Shown in pieces: positions 23,581 to 32,781 of a stretch of DNA of 32,781 nt; the stretch's first letter is position 1, and each line of letters opens with the position of its first letter. The notes beneath the pieces were generated by a model. That model did no database searches, was not told the origin of the DNA, and was given only the letters and a program-made list of their open reading frames with translations. A program made the translations under genes and the position numbers. Source of the DNA: Octopus bimaculoides (Eukaryota); the NCBI RefSeq assembly GCF_001194135.2, contig NC_068987.1:66529560-66562340 (forward strand). Direction: 5' to 3'.

Positions 23581-24575
23581 GTTTTAGTCTCGGGGTGATG
23601 TTTTGATAGTGAGGTTAAAGAAAGGCACTGAGAGAGAGAGGAGAGAGGGGAGTGAGAGAAAGAGGAGAGAGTGAGGAGGAAGAGAAAGAGGGGAATGAGA
23701 AAGAAGGGAGAGAGATATAATGATGGTGCTGCTGCTGCTGCTGGAGATTGAGTTTGTGGTGGTGGTGGGGTTGGCGATGATGGTGGTGATTAGATAGTGC
23801 AAAGTGTATTTTAAAAAAATGAACTAAGTTTTTTCATAGCACCTATCACTTAACGCATGCGCATAAGTGCAATTCCATGAAAAATTCACGCTTATTTACG
23901 TGGTAGATATATGCAATTTTAAATTTCCCTAAGGGTTGTATCATATCTACAGGATATTTCTCTTTTGTTTATGGGGAAAATGGAACAATAAGAGGGAATA
24001 AAGTGCATTAAGTAATCATCGTATTCAAATTTCTTTCACTTGTCAATGAGTAACAGATGAGCGACTCTCTTTCCATACAGACACAACACAGGCTACCCTT
24101 TCAGGATTTTTGGATACAGTTTTGAGAAATAACCCAAATACCGTGAAATATTCACGGGTCACGTTAGTTTGTAAGAAGAGTTGAAATTAATGCATGCGGG
24201 ATTTTACAGCCCTAGCATCACTCCTTCATAGTCAGCGTATGAACTTATCAGCCCACAGCCGTAGCTTTGAGCTGTTCCATGTTATTGGTGAAATAAAACG
24301 GGTGTTATTTTACCAAAAGGTACTGGCGCTTGAAAGTTGAATCCTGCCAGCAAAGAGCTTGGATTATGTTATATACACACAGCTTCAGCATACAGGATCT
24401 ATGGATCTATGTAGAAACAGTGCTGTATGACACGACAACTATTTTATATTTATTTGCACCGCCATGTGTGCATATCAGTGCATGTATGTCTGTATAAATA
24501 CACATGCATGCATATATCTGAGCATGTGTGTGTGTGTGTATGTGTGCGTGTGTGTGTGTGTGTGGGTGTGTGTGT

Positions 24576-24619
<44 letters not shown>

Positions 24620-24635
24620 ATGCATNNNNNNNNNN

Positions 24636-24674
<39 letters not shown>

Positions 24675-25602
24675 ATGTAAGGACGTATGAATAAAGAGCG
24701 TGAGTGACTGATTCTAAATTTGAAATGTATTTCTGTGCAATCGGTAGCAGTTAAATTTCAAGCGTTAGAGTTAATATGGGCTGAATAATAAATGAATGCC
24801 GGAGGGTACGCATTTATGTGTGCGGATGTGTGTATATATTTGTTGCAAGTGATTTATTTCTCTATCGCCATCTTCGGGTTATTTTCGTGTATTTATTTTA
24901 AGATAATGAAATTTGGGGAATAATTGGAACTAAATATGATTTATGTCAGTTATGCAAATAAAAGATAACTTTTGCAGAATTTAAAATTAGTTTACTGATT
25001 AGAGCATGCATGTATGTGTGTGTGTTTGTGTGTGTGTGTGCGTGTGTGTGAGGGGGGTGTATTATCCTTTTCGTTCTCAGACTATAGTTATTCAGATCTG
25101 CATTGTTGTTTAGCATGTTAACTACAAATATCACATACATAATATTTTTTTTTACATAAAATCATAAAAATGTTACAGTTATTGTAAGTTTGAAACTGCA
25201 TCGAATTTTAATCTACTGGAAGCACCCATACATTAAAGATAATGAAACGAATTGCTTACGTGACCTTTTTTAGGTTTTTAATAAATAAAGACATTCAAAA
25301 AGGAAGAAAATTAGAACAACGCAAAATTTACTGAAAGAAAATGAAAACGTTAACTAACCTTTAAATATGAAAGGTCTTGGAGAAGAGGTGTGACGTCATT
25401 CCATGAACTAAGCCGTCATTTCGGGATCATAAAGCCCGCCCACATTTCATCCCTAGTCACATGTTCGGAGAAAAACGTGACTACATTGAATTCAAGCACT
25501 TCCAAGTGATCAGAGTTTATTTTCATTTTCTTCCCTTCATATCGAGTATGAAATGCCTGAAACGTAAAGTGTTCCTCCTTCAGAAATACATTGTAACATG
25601 TA

Positions 25603-26448
25603 CGAATTAGTATCAAAAAGATTCCGGACTAATTCTGTAGCGCGCCAACAGACGGTAGCACAAAGTTGCGTGCGCAGTGAGAGCTAGCATTGACCTTCCT
25701 GGGGCAGTGTGCTCAGTGACAACGCTGTGTTTCCTTCGCAAGTTTATGTGATCATATGTATGCTGTAGTCTACGATTTTGTCATTGACAGGAACAAAGAA
25801 CTAACGTAAAATTTTGCGTTAAAATTGGGCGGTCTAGTAGAGAGATATTGTGCATGCCTCGGCAAGCTTACGGTGATGCTGCCATGAGTGGTACACAATG
25901 TTTCGAGTGGCACGAGCACTTCAAAAGCGAACGAATATCCCGAGAAGATGATGAGCGAAGACCTGTCACGAGCGTCACCCTTGAAAATGTGGTATTGTAT
26001 ATGGAGAATGTGACCCCCATTGTCAGACTGTCAATCGAGTGCTCTACTGCGACGTTGAGGGAGTAATTCGGCGAAATAGATTCTTCCCCGATCTCTCCTC
26101 ACTCGTGAGTTTCTCGCCAAAAGACACCATGGTGTCACTTCCTATTTGCCAGATTTANNNNNNNNNNNNNNNNNNNNNNNNNNNNNNNNNNNNNNNNNNN
26201 NNNNNNNNNNNNNTCAAATATCGCCGTTTTAACTCTGTTATTGAGATCCAAGGTGAATCACCGGAGGACCTCGGTTCGCTTACGGAAAACAACTTGTAGG
26301 CCTGATTCGAAAAGTCACAGGAACGCTGAGACCAGTGTGTTACTGCGTAAGGTGACTGTTTCGAAGGAGAATATGTTAAAACTTAGGTAAATAAGTTTTT
26401 TTTTTTTATCAAACATAATTAGTCTAGGAAGCTTTTGATGCAACCTCG
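25603..26448 (+). mobile_element. Internally deleted mariner with both TIRs and TA target duplication
   Basis: Left TA|CGAATTAGTATCAAAAAGATTCCGGACTAATT; the reverse complement of the right end is TACGAGGTTGCATCAAAAGCTTCCTAGACTAATT. N-terminal QAYGDAAMSGTQCFEWHEHFKSERISREDDERRP. C-terminal RRFNSVIEIQGES...QER*DQCVTA*GDCFEGE. Contains gap 26158-26213. Confidence 0.92.
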
Positions 26449-28939
26449 TACGTTCGTACAAATCAATTCGTTCAGTCGCTTGCGATTCATGTCGGTATCG
26501 CAGTCCATGGTGTCCATTGCATGGCTTCTTTGTTCATATTGTTTTCTTCGTCTTCAATCTTCATCTATTCGTGCCCATTGCTCTTGTCATTGGTTGCATC
26601 TCTATTAACAGGCTATAATCTACTGCATATGACTATAATCTACTGCATACAATTTTCAAGAATTCAATGGTGTTATGTTGATTCTACTGAGAACCGGTTG
26701 CCTACTTACAATGGAAAAGACCACAAAGATTTACTGTAGAGCAAGAGCTACTATACCAACATGTGCTGTTTAAAGGACTTATATCAATAAATAAAATATT
26801 TTCCATTGTTGACAAATTCAGCACAAAAGCACTCAAGTGGGAGTGAAACATCATTTAGAGAACATAGTATTTATTCGTGAACTACTTCAAGTTCCATGGT
26901 CGGAAAGGTCCCTATTCGGACACCCTTGCACAGCGTACTTTGGATGATCTGGCCATCGTTTAGGTATTAATAATGGGACTAAAATGTGAGAAGATATTAG
27001 AATAAACGACAACACGCAAGACGTTATGAGAAAAATCGTAAAGAATCTTTATAAGAGAAAGGGGGGCTACTAGCTTTAGGGAATATTAGGTTATGTCACT
27101 TTCACACGTATTGAAGAATGATGTGCTTTATCTCGGCAACACGCGCCATATAAAGGAAATGAACAACTATACAAAGTATGAGAAATTGAATGTGGGAGTG
27201 GCTAAATTGTCTTAACCTTTGTGTCTTTTCCAGTGAAGAGGTGTCATCCATTTCGGTAGTAGGATCTTGTTGAGATGCAAATATCACGCACGAATTCTGA
27301 CTCATGTATTAGAAGGGCAATGCGGTTCTTTGCTCTAACAAGATGCGTGTTCTTACAGTTATATAGAACCCGCACATGTCTGATCTATTGGCATGGAGTC
27401 TTGTCATATCTACGATCTACGATGTTCCTCTTAATAGTGTGTGGTATACTACTGCTATTTAGGTTGTGGAAATGACTTAGTACAGTTCTTCTATTTACCT
27501 AATTCTGTCATAGAAAATATCCTAAAGAAATGTTATTTGTGCCTGGCCAATAAATATTCTCCACATATTCACCCACACGCACACACACACACACACACAC
27601 TCACACACACAAACACAAACACACACACGTGCGCGACTGGTAGTTGGTGTACACAGACGCATTCACCCCACCCTCCAAATTATTTTCTTACTGGGCAACC
27701 ATTAGTTCAGCAGACAAAAGTTCAGCAGGAAACGAAAAAGCGTCCGCACATACACACAGACGTGTACATATAACGAATTTATATAAAGATACATGTAGTC
27801 GCGCATAACACACAATAAATAACCACACAGACACACGTACACACAACTAATTCTTCATAATACTCACACAAACACATATTTATGTATTTACACACTCACA
27901 CACATCTACACCCAATCTCTCACTCGATATCCTGCCAAAATATACTCCTTAATTTCATTGAGTCAGTGGTAAACAATAGAGAGCAACACGTCGTGGCTTC
28001 ATTCATCGAGATTGCTCTTCAAAATTATTCACTCCGTTTATATACTTCTTTATTTTTCCAGTTCTGGCCTTTTCTCCTCTCTTATTCCAACGCTTTGTTT
28101 TTTTCTGACCATTTCTCTTCACTTTTTCCACTACCCAAAGAAGGAAAATAGCCAGTCAGTCTTTCTATTCGTCTGAGAGCGAGTTCATGACACTGATGAT
28201 GAAATCATCCAAAGAATTTGTTGTTTTCGTATTATGTTATTTCTTCATCTTCACATGTATGCATGTGTGAGTTTAAATGTGTGAGAATGTCTGTATATGT
28301 GTTGTTTCATCAGATGAAGAGACCACGCATTAAATTAGTGTGCAACGCAAGTGAATAATCCATGGTCATGTGTTGCAACGGTGTATGTCACAGGAACGAG
28401 TGTGGCACATGGTGACATAGCTGCACGTTTATATTGCAAATGTAGTTCATCCAAAATGGGCACTATAGATCGACCTACGCGACAGCGCTCACACACCTTC
28501 GCTTATTCGAGGCTACGGTAAAAACAGCTTGCCTACATGCCNNNNNNNNNNNNNNNNNNNNNNNNNNNNNNNNNNNNNNNNNNNNNNNNNNNNNNNNNNN
28601 NNNNNNNNNNNNNNNNNNNNNNNNNNNNNNNNNNNNNNNNNNNNNNNNNNNNNNNNNNNNNNNNNNNNNNNNNNNNNNNNNNNNNNNNNNNNNNNNNNNN
28701 NNNNNNNNNNNNNNNNNNNNNNNNNNNNNNNNNNNNNNNNNNNNNNNNNNNNNNNNNNNNNNNNNNNNNNNNNNNNNNNNNNNNNNNNNNNNNNNNNNNN
28801 NNNNNNNNNNNNNNNNNNNNNNNNNNNNNNNNNNNNNNNNNNNNNNNNNNNNNNNNNNNNNNNNNNNNNNNNNNNNNNNNNNNNNNNNNNNNNNNNNNNN
28901 NNNNNNNNNNNNNNNNNNNNNNNNNNNNNNNNNNNNNNG

Positions 28940-28988
<49 letters not shown>

Positions 28989-29482
28989 TTATATCTTTAT
29001 CTATACATACACACACAAGCATACGTACATACGGACCAAGATGTATAAAATGCAACCGTAATACAAGTATAAATGGAATGAATGTCACACAGATAGGTAG
29101 ATTTGCAAACGCACAAATGGATATATAGATGGAAAGAGAGATAATTACATCTCTTTGCATGTGTATGCATATTTATTTTCATAATAACACCACAAATCTA
29201 CCATGAATTACAATTTCTCTTACTCTCTGAAATAATCTATAACAAGAATAGATATGCAAACTGGTTTTATACACTGTGACTATTCCGTTTTTGGCATATA
29301 AATGAAGACCATTTAAGAATATTTATACCAAGAAAGTATAAATGCATCAACTACAATAAGATTGGTTTATGCTGTGCTGCTCACACATGACTAGGAATAA
29401 AATATTCTTTAAATGTCTCATTTGTCTGTCGTCGACAATATTCTATAGAAATGTTTTTTTATGTCTGAATAAAATGCATATG

Positions 29483-29514
<32 letters not shown>

Positions 29515-29588
29515 CACACACACANNNNNNNNNNNNNNNNNNNNNNNNNNNNNNNNNNNNNNNNNNNNNNNNNNNNNNNNNNNNNNNN

Positions 29589-29621
<33 letters not shown>

Positions 29622-29919
29622 AAATATATATATATATACACATAGATACATACATACATCCGAACACACACGTATATATATATACACAGACATACACACA
29701 CTTGTACACACATACTGAGACAAAGACACACACACATGTAGATATTGTCAACATTGGTTATAACTTTCTCGATAATGGGAGAACAGTAAATTATAAAGTA
29801 TAAACGTCGTAAACATATTCAGAAATATTATTTTATTGCAGTTTCTGTGTTTTTTTCTCAAATCTCCAGATGTAGCTTAGATGTAGAATGAGCAAATTAT
29901 TGATTTCAATATCAACTTA

Positions 29920-30122
29920 ACCCTTCCTCCGAGCAAGGTTTGGGTAGGAAATAAGTTGATTACATCGAACCCAGTGTTGAACTGGTACTTATTTCACCGA
30001 CCCCGAAATGGATTAAAGGAAAAATCGACCTCGGCGGAATTTGAACTCGGAACGTAAAGACAGACGAAATTCCCCTAAGCATTTCGCCTGGCGTGCTAAC
30101 GATTCTGCCAGCTCGCTGCCTT
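29920..30122 (-). mobile_element. Family B SINE, array copy 1 (best conserved)
   Basis: TCGACCTCGGCGGAATTTGAACTCGGAACGTAAAGACAGACGAAAT...GCGTGCTAACGATTCTGCCAGCTCGCTGCC. Confidence 0.9.
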
Positions 30123-30139
30123 AATAATGTTAATTATAA

Positions 30140-30337
30140 TTCTTTCTATTATAAGCCCAAGGCCTGAAATTTGGGGGAGGGGATAGTCAATTTCATCAAC
30201 CCCTGTTTCACTTATCGACCCTGAAAGGATGAAAGGCAGTCATCCTTAGCGGAACTTGAGCTCAGGGCGTAACAACAGACGAAACACCACTAAGCATTAC
30301 GCCCGACTTGCTAACGATTCAGCCAGCTCACAGGCTT
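30140..30337 (-). mobile_element. Family B SINE, array copy 2
   Basis: TTATCGACCCTGAAAGGATGAAAGGC...CAGACGAAACACCACTAAGCATT...GCTAACGATTCAGCCAGCTC. Confidence 0.85.
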
Positions 30338-30365
30338 AATAATGACAATAATAATGATAATAATA

Positions 30366-30575
30366 ACGTGATGAACCCGCAGAAGAATTAGCACGCCGAT
30401 CAAAAATGTTTAGTAGCATGCCGTCTGCTCTTACGCTCTGGGTTCAAATTCCACTAAATGTCGACTCTTCATCCGTTCAGTGTCGATAAATAAAGCACCA
30501 GTTCAGCATTGAGGTTGATTTAATCGACTAACTCCTCACTCACAAAGTTCTGGCTTAGTACCTATAGCTGAACAG
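30366..30575 (+). mobile_element. Family B SINE, array copy 3
   Basis: ATTAGCACGCCG...TTACGCTCTGGGTTCAAATTCC...GTCGATAAATAAAGCACCAGTTCAGCATTGAGGTTGATTTAATCGACT. Confidence 0.85.
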
Positions 30576-30605
30576 ATTATTATTAATATGATTATTATTA
30601 TTATG

Positions 30606-30835
30606 AAGGTGGTGCGACGGTGGATCCGTTAGTCAAAGTAGTCAAAACGCTTGGTCAAAATACTTGGTAGTATTCCGTCTGACTTTACGTTCGGAGCTGA
30701 AATTCTGCCATGGTCGACTTTGCATTTGATCTTGCTATGAACGATAAAATATATACCATTCAAGTAATGTTGTCGATGTAATCGAGTTCCCCGTCCCTCA
30801 AAAAATGCTGGCCTTGTGCCAAAATTTGAACTTAT
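30606..30835 (+). mobile_element. Family B SINE, array copy 4
   Basis: AAGGTGG...CGTTAG...TATTCCGTCTGACTTTACGTTC...GGTCGACTTTGC...GTCGATGTAATCGA...GGCCTTGTGCCAAAATTTGAA. Confidence 0.8.
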
Positions 30836-30847
30836 TATAATTATTGT

Positions 30848-31010
30848 TAAGGCGTCAAGCTTGCAGAATATTTAGCACGTTGGACAACATATTTAGGGAT
30901 GTTTCTTCCTGCTTTACCTTCTGAGGTCAAATACCATCGAAGCCAACTTCCGACCACCGAAGCACACCTTCCGACCAAATTTCAGGTTTTGGTGCTATAC
31001 TAGAAATTAT
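30848..31010 (+). mobile_element. Family B SINE, array copy 5 (diverged, internally deleted)
   Basis: AAGGCGTCAAGCTTGCAGAATATTTAGCACG...CTTTACCTTCTGAGGTCAAAT. Confidence 0.7.
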
Positions 31011-32681
31011 TACTGTTGTCATTTTTGTTACTGTTGCTGTTTTGTTGTTTCATCTGTTGGCTTGCTTGTTGTGATGCAAGAACATTTAAAACCTAGTACC
31101 CATTAGATTCGTTTCTCTTTACTTTTCTTAGATGACGTTTTATTGCTCAACCAGACTTACAAATATCTGTAACGATATGTATTTCAGCCATTGCCATTTC
31201 ATGTTTTCAGGGTTGTGGGGTTACATCATGTATCACATCCCATTTCTTCTTAACAATGAAGTATGTGACGGGTGTAAGTGTTGAATGTTAATTTTAGCAA
31301 ATCGAACGAAATCGTTATGGTCTGATGGACTGTTATAAATAAGTGTCAGTTCAGTTTAATGCCATTGCTGGAACGTTCAATACCACTAGTGGTATCCGCT
31401 CAGAGGCAAAAAAATGTTATCTGATAATTAATTGCTCACTTCCACGAAACTGAAACATTGAAAATTAGTCATGGTCATTTACATGACTGCTCTGACAACC
31501 ATTGAAATTATGGACGATAAATAAAACACAATTCAAAAAGAAAGTGAATAGACACGAACAAACACACACACACATCACACACATGAATATGTATTAACAT
31601 AACGATAAAATCCAGCGTCAAAAGATCCATTTACTTGAATCATATGACATGAATTTACGTGAGATTTTATTGAATTATCGCATGTCAAAAGTATTGTAAC
31701 GGGCGCTGGTGTAGAATAGTTTGCGGAGAAATGATGATTCATGATGTATATATGTATGTATGTACGTATGCCTGTGTGTCTATGTATGGATAGATAGACG
31801 CATATAAATATATACATANNNNNNNNNNNNNNNNNNNNNNNNNNNNNNNNNNNNNNNNNNNNNNNNNNNNNNNNNNNNNNNNNNNNNNNNNNNNNNNNNN
31901 NNNNNNNNNNNNNNNNNNNNNNNNNNNNNNNNNNNNNNNNNNNNNNNNNNNNNNNNNNNNNNNNNNNNNNNNNNNNNNNNNNNNNNNNNNNNNNNNNNNN
32001 NNNNNNNNNNNNNNNNNNNNNNNNNNNNNNNNNNNNNNNNNNNNNNNNNNNNNNNNNNNNNNNNNNNNNNNNNNNNNNNNNNNNNNNNNNNNNNNNNNNN
32101 NNNNNNNNNNNNNNNNNNNNNNNNNNNNNNNNNNNNNNNNNNNNNNNNNNNNNNNNNNNNNNNNNNNNNNNNNNNNNNNNGTGTGTGTGTGTGTGTGTGT
32201 GCATTTATTACAATGTGTTTCTCCGTCATAAGAAAATAAACACGAACCTAAAACAGGAATTTGAAACTAGTTTATGTTATAGTAGACTAAAATATATTTA
32301 TTGATTCATATGCTCACTATGGTGTGAGTGTTTCACTCACTACTGACTTTTGAAGGCACACATTAAAAACATAGCTAACTGAGTGTGCCAACATATAGAA
32401 ACGAATAAACGACGCGTTAAAGCGTAATGGTATGTGCAATGTTTGGTGTAGTATTTATGGGGAAATTTGTTAGTAACGTTGAATTTATAAACGTATCAAC
32501 GTTCACTACGTTTATAATTTCAATTTTTCACATATCATGTAGATTAAAGGAAATACTTCGATGTATCGCGGTGAACATCTAGCAGTTGAAATGGTTAATA
32601 AGAACTCAAAAATTGACTTAGAATTTGACTTACCCGATTCTGCCAGGTGGTGCAATTAAGGTAGATATTTATATGAATATG

Positions 32682-32712
<31 letters not shown>

Positions 32713-32781
32713 GCATGTATGTATATATATATGTATGTATATATATATGTATGTATGTATATATATATGTATGTATGTATA

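Noticed and set aside
25385-25445. TGACGTCA (CRE-like) and CCCGCCC (GC-box-like) motifs
   Set aside because: Short motifs with no TSS, CpG island or gene evidence.
26612-26650. 20-bp-period duplication CTATAATCTACTGCATA x2
   Set aside because: A trivial local slippage duplication.
31380-31395. Perfect 16-bp palindrome ATACCACTAGTGGTAT next to GAACGTTC
   Set aside because: About one such palindrome is expected by chance, and there is no supporting context.

Overview
AT-rich, microsatellite-dense eukaryotic DNA with 10 N-gaps, most flanked by (TA)n or (TG)n. I found no intact protein-coding gene, and nearly all ORF-track entries are translated simple repeats. The SINE, mariner, RTE and microsatellite content suggests an intronic or intergenic region of a coleoid cephalopod, probably Octopus (inference from recalled repeat families, not a database hit). 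Supported content: three decayed mariner derivatives, a pogo/Tigger-like MITE, a second long-TIR MITE, a 1.9-kb RTE-like LINE fragment (APE endonuclease plus N-terminal RT), a Penelope-like GIY-YIG fragment abutting a mariner fragment, an orphan LINE ORF1-like zinc-knuckle ORF, and about 13 tRNA-derived SINE copies or fragments. The most unusual structures are a fold-back mariner MITE whose ~220-bp arms are both copies of the transposase 3' end, a five-copy SINE array with a head-to-head inversion centre, two same-strand element fusions (LINE-SINE and mariner-Penelope), and an isolated GC-rich 57-nt hairpin. All alignments and counts were done by eye.
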